In this document: positions 46,272-57,242 of the stretch, one piece after another
How the letters are laid out: every line of letters starts with the position of its first letter
How positions within the stretch are numbered: position 1 is the stretch's first letter
Origin: Ruditapes philippinarum
Lineage: Eukaryota
Assembly (NCBI RefSeq): GCF_026571515.1
Contig: NW_026866764.1
Location: 248,001 to 312,000, forward strand
DNA length: 64,000 nucleotides
Direction of reading: 5' to 3'
Notes under the pieces: generated by a model
What the model saw: only the letters and a program-made list of their open reading frames with translations
The model's database searches: none
Told to the model about the DNA's origin: nothing
Translations under genes and position numbers: made by a program

Positions 46272-47411
46272 ATGACTCTTGGCTACGACGACGTTATTGC
46301 CGGCATTGTGATTGACAATGGCTCCGGAATGTGTAAGGCCGGCTTTGCAGGTGACGACGCACCAAGAGCCGTGTTCCCTGCAATTACAGGTCATCCTAAG
46401 TATGATCCTTGCATGGTAGGAATGGGCGCAAAGGACACGTACATTGGAGACGAAGCTCAAAACAGGAGAGGAATGCTATCCTTACATTATCCAGTTGAAC
46501 ACGGTATTGTCACTAACTGGGACGATATGGAGAAAATTTGGCACCACACATTCTACAACGAACTTCGTGCGGCTCCTGAAGAACATCCGGTTTTACTTAC
46601 AGAAGCGCCATTAAACCCGAAAGCTAATAGAGAGAAAATGACACAAATTATGTTCGAAACCTTCAATACGCCAGCTTTCTACGTGTCAATACAAGCAGTT
46701 CTATCATTATACGCCAGCGGGAGGACAACTGGTGTGGTGTTTGACGCCGGTGATGGGGTATCTCACGTGGTACCGATTTACGAAGGTTATGCTTTACCAC
46801 ATGCCATTGAACGTGTTGATCTTGCAGGTCGTGACCTCACACAATATTTGTCAAGAATCTTAAATGAACGCGGATACAGTTTCACATCTTCCTCCGAAAT
46901 GGAAATAGTCCGCGATATCAAAGAAAAATTGTGTTTTTCCGCCTTAGACTTTGAACAGGAAATGAATGTCGCAGCAAGTTCTTCTCAGACAGAGAAAAGC
47001 TACGAACTTCCGGATGGACAAGTTATTACTATTGGCAACGAACGTTTCCGCTGTGTTGAATCACTTTTCCAACCATCTTTTATTGGAATGGAGAGTGCAG
47101 GAATACACGAACTACTTTACAACAGTATCATGAAATGTGATACAGACATAAAGATAAGTCTTTTATCAAAAGTTGTCCTTTCAGGAGGGTCAACAATGTT
47201 TCCCGGTCTTGCAGAAAGGATGAAATATGAATTAGACAATTTGGTTCCCAGCTCTATGAAGGTCAAGGTCATTGCTCCACCAGAGAGAAAGTACTCGGTG
47301 TGGATAGGTGGTTCAATTCTATCCTCTCTGTCAAGCTTCAGTCAAATGTGGATCTCTAAACAAGAGTACGACGAATGTGGACCGGGTATTGTACACAGGA
47401 AATGTTTCTAA
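46272..47411 (+). CDS. act: Actin (moderately divergent, 379 aa), intronless CDS
   Basis: Complete actin motifs. Close paralogue of 41954-43093, with an identical TTTCAG|AAATAAACAATGACT acceptor/start context. Confidence 0.98.
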   Translation: MTLGYDDVIAGIVIDNGSGMCKAGFAGDDAPRAVFPAITGHPKYDPCMVGMGAKDTYIGDEAQNRRGMLSLHYPVEHGIVTNWDDMEKIWHHTFYNELRAAPEEHPVLLTEAPLNPKANREKMTQIMFETFNTPAFYVSIQAVLSLYASGRTTGVVFDAGDGVSHVVPIYEGYALPHAIERVDLAGRDLTQYLSRILNERGYSFTSSSEMEIVRDIKEKLCFSALDFEQEMNVAASSSQTEKSYELPDGQVITIGNERFRCVESLFQPSFIGMESAGIHELLYNSIMKCDTDIKISLLSKVVLSGGSTMFPGLAERMKYELDNLVPSSMKVKVIAPPERKYSVWIGGSILSSLSSFSQMWISKQEYDECGPGIVHRKCF

Positions 47412-48539
47412 GAACTATCTGTCTAGAACATTTAAACATATAAATACTTTGTCTTTCATTTTTTTGCAAGTATTTTTAGATTCTTTTTTTATCAAACGCA
47501 AATGAAGATACATGTATATGCATAATTATTTTTTCACATAGTTGTTGACTTTCACATTTTACACGTGATTGTATGTAATTTCAAATCCATATCAGACTTT
47601 GAGAATGAAAAACGATTTCTCCGTAATTTGATCTGTATATGAAAATGAATGTACTAATGTACATATATATGTAGCATGTGCTCGTGCGTTTGTGTGTGTT
47701 CATATTTCATTACATTTTAAAATAAAACATAAAAACAGACATTTGTCCTGAAGTTATTACTTTGTTGGTTAACACTGATCAATGCCTGAAGACGGAAAAC
47801 AAGATATTCTACAAAATAAAATGGATGAATGTTGACCCTTCGTAATTCGTTCAACACATATTTGCAAAACAGTACCTAGATTAAGCAGTCTAAGAAAAAA
47901 GAAAATCCTTCTCTGTGTTGGACCGTTTTAATTTAAAATATGCCGCGCAGATTCACCACCGTGATTTGTATTTATATACATTCTATATTTTATACCCGTT
48001 ATAGATTTTACTTTTTCCATAGACATGTATAACTTACTATATCTATATTTAGTATTATATTTGAATAAAGGATTAACTATTATTATGATGGCTAAAATGA
48101 AATGTCCCTGACAACGATTGCAGTATGAACATTAAAATTTACCAAATATAGTATAGTTTTATAGAACAGTTCCACGAGATGTAACAATTTAAAAACAACA
48201 ACAATTTTGGATCAATTTAAACAACGAGAGGATATTTGGTTTTAAGAAAAAGGTAAAACATTTCTTATTTTCGATTTAGATCTATTTTAATTGTTGTCAA
48301 TTTTTGACTAGGAGCACATTTTATATTTTGAGCCGATATTTTCATGTGTATTATGCCAGTTTCTACTTTTAAAATTATTATGTATTAATGAAGTAACGAC
48401 ATGATTAATTGTGGAATATATAAAAGGTAAATAATCGATCATCGTTTAAAGTGACGTGAACAAAACATTATTTGTAACCTCCCTTGACGGGAAGTACAAT
48501 GTCGGATTGCATTTAAGGTGATTCCGCTTTGTCAGTAAG

Positions 48540-49750
48540 TTTTTCCAAAGTGAAAGTAGGCCCAAATTCATATAAGGGGGCAGGGGACCTAAAAATGAAC
48601 AATTTTGTATTTCAGTGTGGCAAGAAACACAATTCCAAATATTTCAAAATCTGTTTCACAGGCAGATAACCAGTTGCACAACATTATTCAATGATATATG
48701 ACATACATTGAAGAAAATAATAGTTTGCATGCATTGCTCCTTATAAAAATGACTGACAGCAATTTATATCTTCATGAAGGTGCAGCATACTCCAGAATCC
48801 GTTCGATTCCTTTAAAAATATCACTAACGCACAGTGCAAGCAATGCCAGTTTCATAATGTCTGAGTTATTAAAAAATTTGACCATCATTCGGATATGTCC
48901 CCTGCCCCCTAATAACAAAGCTCAGTATGTAAAATGATGAACCATTTGAAAGTGCACTTCAAGGTTCATGTTTTAAGGAGAATTATCAACCAAAATAAAA
49001 ATGATATCAATAAGAATATTTACCTTGAAAGTGCTACATTTCTGAAGACCAAGAACATTATGTTTTATACACATTTCATGAATGGCCAAATCCATTTTAA
49101 AGTCTGCTTTAGTGCCAACAAATGCTATTTTTTTGCAGCAAATACAAAAATCGTTCAAAACTTAATTCCAAATAATTCAGTATCTCATGTCCTTCTAAGC
49201 ATATGACCATTTTGTAAAAACGTAGTGCAAGAAGACAATCACCATTTATAGCCTTATGAACTACAACAAAAATGAAAACACAATCAGACTTTAAAATCTT
49301 ACCTATCTATTGTGTAATAGTGAAGAGTGTCTGTTTGTCATGTACACAAGAAGTAGGTAAATGATGTGTGTTTTCATGGTACTCCTTTTTCACATAGCAT
49401 GAAGGCCATGTTTGTTCAAGGACAGATAAACTACTTTCCTAAGATTTAAGTTTTTGCAAGTTTTTTGTGTTTTATGCAAAAAAAGCATTTGCCTGCACTA
49501 AAACTGACTTTAAACTGGATTTTGCCATTCATGAAATGTCCATAAAACTTTACAACAGATTGTACTTGGTCTTCAGAAAACTAGCACATTCATGTCATTC
49601 AAGGTAAATTTTCTTATTGTTATCATTTTTATTTTTTTTTCAAATTGTTCTTAAAACATAAACCTGGAAGTGTTCTTTCAAATGGTTCATCATTTTACAT
49701 TGTGAGCTTTGTTATTATATGAATTTTGGCCTACTTTCACTTTGGACAAA
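48540..49750. mobile_element. Foldback non-autonomous DNA element with long imperfect inverted arms
   Basis: CCAAAGTGAAAGTAGGCCCAAATTCATA (48545) pairs with 49718-49745, and 48910-49110 pairs with ~49490-49715. Confidence 0.75.
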
Positions 49751-49899
49751 CTTGGGGAAAACAAACATGCCTCACAAATTGATTGATTGATTTGGGACCG
49801 GATTGACGTGTGCCAATTAGACTTGTACCGTTTAAAACTATGGTTTCACATATGCATGTGTTCATATAAAGAGTTCAGTTTATATTTCACAGAAAACAA

Positions 49900-50790
49900 A
49901 TGTCGCAAGGCCACGACGACGGCATTGGCATTGTAATTGACAATGGATCCGATATGTGCAAGGCCGGCTTTGCAGATGACGATGCACCTAGAGCTGTATT
50001 TCCGGCAATCGTAGGCCGTCCTAAGTATAATCCTTGTATGGTTGGATCGCAATTTAAAGATGCGTATGTTGGCGACGAAGCTCAAATTGAAAATGAAATT
50101 TTGTCTTTGAAATCACCAGTTGAACATGGCATTGTCACTAACTGGGACGATATGGAGAAAATTTGGAACCACACATTTTACAACGAACTTCGTGTGGCTG
50201 AAGAACATTCGGTTTTACTTACAGAAGCGCCATTAAACCCAAAAGCTAATAGAGAGAAAATGACACAAATTATGTTCGAAACATTTAATATACCCGCATT
50301 CTACTTGTCTGTCCAAGCTGTTTTATCATAGTACGATGCCGGCAGGACCACAGGTGTGGTGTTCGACTCCGGTAACAAAGTATCTCACGTGGTACCGATT
50401 TATGAAGGATATGCTTTACCACACGCTGTTGAACAGATTAATCTGGCAGGAAAAGCGCTGACAAAGAATTTGTCAAAACTTCTGATTGAACGCGGATATA
50501 GTTTCAATACTTCCTCTGAATTGAAAATAGTTCGCGATATCAAAGAAAAATTGTGTTATTCCGCCTTAGACTTTGAACAGGAAATGAATGCAGAAAGGAT
50601 GAAATGTGAATTAGACAATTTGGTTCCCAGCTCTATGAAGGTCAAGGTCATTGTACCTTCAGACAGGAAGTACTCAGTATGGATTGGTGGTTCTGTTCTC
50701 GCTTCTCTAACTATTTTCAGTCAAATGTGGATCTCTAAACAAGAGTACTACGAATGTGGACCGAGCATTGTGCATAGGAAATGTTTTTAA
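49900..50790 (+). pseudogene. Actin pseudogene
   Basis: In-frame TAG at 50329-50331 (VLS*Y), one-codon deletion (VA-EEH) and an in-frame deletion of 81 codons relative to the 46272 gene (EQEMN^AERMK). Phosphate loops are altered (DNGSD, DSGNK). Confidence 0.93.
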
Positions 50791-51517
50791 AACTGTTGAG
50801 ATTATATGTACACTTGACTCGGAATTTTTATTTTGTCAATATCAAATTCTTGTTAATTTGATGATTAGCACGGTCACCTTGAAGGAAAAAAAGCTGCAAC
50901 ATCATTTCAATTTTGCTTTGCTATCAACATGTTCATTATTGAAGGGTTCATTTTGCTTTGTGGTATTTTTAATATAGATAACAAAAACGTGAAAGCTTAC
51001 TAAAAGGAAAATATAGGCCTAGCGTACATTTTTATTATTCTGTTTGCAGTCTATATATGTTCATCACTTCAACATATGTGTTTGTATTTTATTACATTTT
51101 AAAAAGAAGAGATATGAAAAAGAGTCCTAAAATAGCAGGATTTTGCAAAAATAGCACATGTTTTTATTAGGTTTAACTGAATATTTGCTGACATAACATT
51201 GTTCACAAAAAATACATTCATAACATTCACATTTATTTTAAAGGACGAAAAAGAACATAATATACAAAATGTATTTCAAAACACACATACGCCATCTTTA
51301 TCACTTTCCAATAATAGTACCACCCTGCAATAAACAATATAAAATTGAAATTTCTTCTTTTTCTCATTCGGGTTTTCTAAAACTTTCGTTCCTTCTAAAA
51401 CTGTCTGTTTCTCAGACAACAGAAATATTGCTGCCATCAGTAGCAGCATAGATATCAAATTTTGTGTATTTTTCAACAATATCATCAACACTTCAATACT
51501 TAATCTCTTAGAAAATT

Positions 51518-54500
51518 TTACTATAAAAAGCTAAAAAGCAAAAGAAGCAAAGTGTGTTTTAATTATATGGCCAATGTGGACAATACTGAACACCAAGTAT
51601 AGAAAGCGTCTGTGTAATAAAAATAATAGGATGTTGGAAACTTATAAAAATTTGTTTAAGGAGTCTTACGAATTTACACTGGGACGGGAGTTCTAAGGCA
51701 TCTGGCACGCTCAGTCGATATTGTGTCATATTCAAATACGTTGTACTCTCCATGACCGGATATCCTAGGAAAATAAACAAAATAACACATAGATTTAGTT
51801 GTCTTTTATCTTTTTTAAATTTCACATTGTATGATTTTAAATCAGAAAAAATGCCTTACACTAAATGTGATCTGAGGTAGACCCATTCCACAAGAATTTG
51901 GCAACATTCGTTCGGTGGCGGTTATTTACGGAAAACTATATAAGCGATAAGAACGCTCGCATCAAAGAAAATCTGAAACGAATGATATTGTTATCAATAA
52001 TGAATTATCATTATAGAATAAATGGCAAAACGTCGGACACAACTAAGAATAATAGCTAGAGGTGTTTTTTTTTTGTTGTTTTTTTTTATTTAATCATTTG
52101 TTGTAAATTTCCAAATAGATCTAGCGAGTATTGCTACCTACCATGTGAGTCAAAGCCATATCGTGTAAGAGATATAGGAGTGCAGTCACGTGACGATGTT
52201 TGCATTCTCCAGTGCATATTATCGGCATAACCTGACCAAACGTTAGCTTGTATAGACGTATTGCCAGAGCCGACTGTAATAGTTCCCTCATGCCTCAGTT
52301 CGCCTGCGGGAAGTTATCAAAGAGTCGGGTTTAATAACATTAAAATTGCTTTACATAACCAGCTACACTAAGTTAGTTACAGGGTGACTAAATAATCTTT
52401 GTTGTTTTTTTTAAAGAAAACTTTAATTAGTATTGTTCGTAAAAAATAACAGCGCTAACTAAGCACAGTAAGATTATTTATAAAAATAGCAAAACAAAAT
52501 GACAAAGTTCCTAAAAATAATAAAAGTTAAGAAATCACTAGCTTTAGGGTTTTAGTAATGGCTAACAAACAACATTATTTCCGTAACTATGACAAATTCT
52601 TTCGAAATGTTAAAGTAGTAAAAGATAAGTTTATAAACATTTCACGATGCAAAACTGGGTGTCAATTTTTTTAACATTCCTTTGTCATTTCTCTATTATT
52701 TTTTTTTGTTTTATGTTTGATTTTGTTATTTTAATTGTTCTTGTTGTTGATAATAATGTTTGATGATATTTGTTGTTGTTGTTATTGTTGTTCTTGTTGT
52801 TGTTGTTGTTGATGATGAGGAGGAGGAGTATTATTATTATTATTATCGACATTATCATCATTATCATCACTCATGAGGAAAATAAGACAAAATATGTTGA
52901 ACATACTTGGTACACAATTCACAGCTTGGGAATCCTTGTCAATGATTGTCACGACACATGTAGTTGAATTTTTCCCATAAAGTCCATACCGTCTACCCTA
53001 TATCAACACAAAACTTCTGGTCATTCATATTATAGACAATAAAAGGATATTAATACAAATGAGCCGCCTCACGACAAAACCAACATAATGGGTTTGCGAC
53101 CAGCATAGATCCAGACCAGCCTGCGTATACGCGCAGTCTGATCATGATCCATGCTGTCCGCTTTAAGTTTCTCTACTTGTAAAAGAGTTGGTAAGCGAAC
53201 AGCATGGATCCTGATCAGACTGCGCGGATGCGCAGGCTGGTCTGGATCCTTGCTGGATGTTGGTTTTGTCATGGCGCGGCTCAATTACTGCAGCGCTGTG
53301 ATGTCAAAGTGTATGTTTTAGTGTATTTATAACCAAATATTTTAGTGTGATCCTGATTGGATGTGATTCTAAACCATGGTATTGGTTTGGTCATTATATT
53401 GGATTGTAAACAGCTATATTGGCTTGTTCTCTGTATATTTATTGGATTGCAAACTGTGATATTGGTTTGTTCTTTATAATAGCGAATTAAGATGTTTGAT
53501 AATTATGTTTAAACATGAAAGAATTTAATTTAGTTTTCTGGCCAAATGTACTGGGCCCTTGACAAATAATTTGACTATAATTTTACATCTTTTTGAAGCA
53601 AGGAAATAAGTATTTATAGAATTTGTTTGTGTACCTAATTTCCCATGATAATTTGTCTGTGTACCTCATTGCAAAGAGAATTTGTTTGTTTTGTGTCCCT
53701 CACTGGCATGAGAATTTACTTTCTTTTAATATCTCATTTGAGTACCCCATTGCCAAGATAAGTTGTTTTGAGTACCTCACTGCCAAGAGAATTCGTTTTG
53801 AATACCTCATTGCCAAGATAATTCGTTTGCCAAGATAATTTGCTTTTATGTACCCCATTGCCAAGGGAATTCATTGCGGAGAAAAAATGTGTGTTACCTC
53901 TTTGCCGAGATAAACGTTTTAGTAAATACCTAATTGCAAAGAGATTTTTTTACTGTACCACATTGCCAAGAGTAATTGTATTTGTTTGTGTATTTCATTG
54001 GATTAAACTAAAAATACGCATGTTGCAAGATACTTTTGATAAAGATATAGAGTAACTGCAAGGATGGGTAAGAACAAGAAAATAGTGTTGCACGAGCGTT
54101 TATTTGATTAAAAGAAGAAAAATGAGAAGATATATTGTCAACACTTACAGTTTTATAGTCATTGTAGACCGTGTAGTACTGTGTGGTCTTGTCCGTATCA
54201 TCATACATATAACCTACAAGTCTTTCCATATGTGCATCTCTGCTGTAATCCATCTGGAATGTATTCTGTAAACCACATATAAATGTATGTTTAAATTTAT
54301 TCTGTAAACCACATATAATCAATGTATGTTTGAATGATTCTGTAAACCACATATAACCAATGTATGTTTGAATGATTCTGTAAACCACATATAACCAATG
54401 TATGTTTGAATGATTCTGTAAACCACATATAAATGTATGTTTAAATTTATTCTGTAAACCACATATAACCCATGTATGTTTGAATGATTCTGTAAACCAC

Positions 54501-55189
54501 ATATAACCAATGTATGTTTGAATGATTCTGTAAACCACATATAACCAATGTATGTTTGAATGATTCTGTAAACCACATATAACCAATGTATGTTTGAATG
54601 ATTCTGTAAACCACATATAATCAATGTATGTTTGAATGATTCTGTAAACCACATATAATCAATGTATGTTTGAATGATTCTGTAAACCACATATAATCAA
54701 TGTATGTTTGAATGATTCTGTAAAACACATATAATCAATATATGTTATATATTTCTACAAATTTCATTTACGCCAGAGGAAAATTCCTGTCAGAAGTGTA
54801 AGGATAGACCTGGGTTTTTTTAAGATTACTTAAAATGTGTCACTACCAGTTGTAATAATTAGACGTCGTAATGTAAAAAATCCCAAGTTGAACTTTTAGA
54901 AGTACTCTTTTTCCATTATATAACAATCATTAAATCTGTGACCAGAAAATAAAAAGGAAATAGAAGAGGAAAAGCGATCTCGTGAGCTTTGAGTTTTCTT
55001 AAAAAAAGAAGAAGAAGATAATAACAATGCCCACCTATCTCTATAGCTGACGAATGTCCATTTTTAACTGAGCCAGTTACCACTTTTAACTGGCCAAAAA
55101 ACTTTTTGCTCGCACAACACGGCTTCTTCAGACCACTGATCATGGTTATCAAGGCGCTTATTACAATAAGATAATTTACGCATAAACAT
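51518..55189 (-). CDS. Ependymin-related protein (EPDR), ~205 aa secreted protein; apparently lesioned (possible pseudogene)
   Basis: Exons 55189-55039, 54265-54149, 52997-52907, 52303-52142 and 51764-51670; the terminal exon/stop is uncertain (possibly TAA at 51520-51518). Exons 2-5 are GT-AG and phase-consistent. Translation: signal peptide LCVNYLIVISALITMISG, KPCCASKKFFGQL, YSRDAHMER, NDYKTGRRY, TTC...NCVP, TVGSG...NVW, DCTPIS, YLNMT...ELPSQC, the ependymin Cys pattern. Confidence 0.8.
52735..52872. repeat. Compound trinucleotide microsatellite (TTG/GAT/GAG/TAT/CAT)
   Basis: Directly visible, in EPDR intron 3. Confidence 0.9.
53060..53283. mobile_element. Palindromic MITE (TGAGCCGC...GCGGCTCA)
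   Basis: Arms GATCCAGACCAGCCTGCG..CGCGCAGTCTGATCA.GATCCATGCTGT are mirrored on the right side. A fragment of the same family lies at ~57580-57600. Confidence 0.88.
53625..53975. repeat. Degenerate ~30-bp tandem repeat (TACCTCATTGCCAAGAGAATT)
   Basis: About 10 degenerate recurrences. Confidence 0.75.
54264..54745. repeat. 36/38-bp minisatellite (~13 copies) containing the EPDR exon-2 splice acceptor
   Basis: Unit TCTGTAAACCACATATAACCAATGTATGTTTGAATGAT, whose reverse complement contains TTTACAG|AAT. Confidence 0.95.
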
Positions 55190-56884
55190 TGTTCTCTTTC
55201 CTTATCGTTGTCCTACACTAAGTTTATTACTGTAAACATTTAAATACATTAACATGACCCCACTATTGTAGATCATTTCAAATGTGTTAAATGTCAATGT
55301 CCGCCTTTGGCTGTTTAAAAAATATCCGTTAGTTTTAATATTTAATTTTGTTGAATTCGATGTAAAACTTCATTTTGTTGCAGAAAATATTGTGAAACAT
55401 ACTTGCAGTGAGACAATGAATTTTATTGAATAAAATTGCCTTTTAGATACTCAGGGGTACAACCCTGCCCTTCCTTGCTTCAATTTCTACATCAGTTTAT
55501 AAATCCAATTTACCACTAGTAAATGGGATTCTATTTATTTGGAAATTGAATCAAAAATTAAGTTTATGATTGAAACAGATGTCCGACTCGTGTTTGGCGA
55601 TGTAAGGTTGAGTCAACCAAAATAGATGCATAAAATCCAAAAAAAGAGTTTTAATTTTTATGGCGGTAACAGATAAATCATGTGACCATATATTTCTTAT
55701 TATTGAAAGTTTCTTGGTGTTTTCTTTTTCTTCTATTATACTTATATATTTTATACATTATGACTGAGTTTGCAATGGCCGAACATCAGAGTCGACCCTC
55801 ATAATTTGTGCCCAATATTCCTATGAAAGTTCATTGTCATAGATTTTGACATTAATATATAAATTTTATCTTGATGGATGCCAAAATGTCGATATTTAAA
55901 TCCCATCAAATACCCAGAGAGGGTAACCTTTTCCATTTCTAGCTCATACTCTAAATTTGAAAAGGTGCACATTTTAAAGAAATCTAATATAATCTAGAGC
56001 TCTCCATCATGCCTGTGGTTGTGTAAACATTAGACATAGAATGCATTATAAAATAAACAGATTATTGTTTGATTGAAGCATTGTGTATTATTTGTTAAAA
56101 TGTTTAATTTCTTTTCGCTGCTTAGAGGTAGTATTTACAATAACGCTCATTTACTAAGTGAAAATCGTTGCTTTTATTTACAAAATATACATGAAATTTG
56201 TAAGACTTTAGGTGGAATAATGGTTGATATCTGATGGAAGCAAACATGTGATGTTTAAATGACATCGTCTGGAAGCAAGTGATATATCACGGAAGCAAGA
56301 GAATAAAGAAAAGAACGGAGAAGTCAGTACAAAAATGGATCTCGGTGACAATATAATCAAATGTTCTCTTCATAGGCACTCACCATCATTATGCTAGTAT
56401 TACTTTTTTCCTTTCGAGTAAATGTATTTAACATCTAGATTTAATAGGCGTTTGGTATAAAATCTGTGGAAAGATTCTAGTATAGACATTGTCAAGTCAT
56501 TATGTCTGGCAGTCTTGAGAGTTTTAAAATAGTGTTAACATTTATAACTCTTTTAGAATTTCATGTAATATGCCTTTGCTATTGCTAGTAGTAAAGAGCC
56601 AATCCTGCTATCTATACTGTAAGTTGACCGAGTTCTAATATTTCCTTTTGGTATCCACAAAATGATATTGTACAGTTGTAAAAATGGAAAGGTTGCCAAT
56701 TCCTTTAAAGAAATTCACATTCCTAAGAGTTAACTGCAATGAACTTATCCCTCAAATATATGTTTTATAATTAAAAAAAAATTCATAGATAGTAAATTTA
56801 CTTTGATTTTATGGCTGTTTTTCTGTAATGGTACAATTTTGGTAAATAACTGATTATTTGTATTTTAATATAACAGAAATATAA

Positions 56885-57242
56885 TTATTTTCTGTACGAA
56901 ATCTGCTGTGGTCAAAGTATTATTTTTACAATAGGTTTATCTCTTAGATTTGGTTTTCTAAATTGCTAATCATGGTCGTGCAACTACATACTTAGGTGAA
57001 GAAGCAGGCGCTTTTTTTGGTTGAGTCTATTATGTTTTGTTTAGGGGGTTGAGTTGTCATACACAAAGTTACAATTTACATGCATTTATTTTTTTCCAAT
57101 TATTGTTATTATCTTAAATGCTTCTGGGATTGTTGTTTTATCAATTCATTTGTAAATAAGATTGTTATATGTCTATTAACGGAATAATTTTAATGAACAC
57201 GAAATTAGTTCACACCTACATGTGTATTGGTAACGTGATGGT
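56885..57242 (-). repeat. Dispersed ~360-bp repeat, copy 2, flanked by a ~45-bp direct repeat
   Basis: Reverse complement of 2938-3297. Flanks TAACTGAT(T/A)ATTTGTATTTTAATATAACA.AAATATAA.TATTTT at ~56847 and ~57242. Confidence 0.8.

Noticed and set aside
42511-50085. ORFs antisense or frameshifted to actins (42511, 42779, 46158, 47308, 49846; also 244, 407, 9932)
   Set aside because: They are shadow frames of actin CDSs with no independent evidence.
54008-54690. 214-aa and 123-aa repetitive proteins
   Set aside because: These are translations of the minisatellite. Only 54265-54149 is a credible (EPDR) exon.
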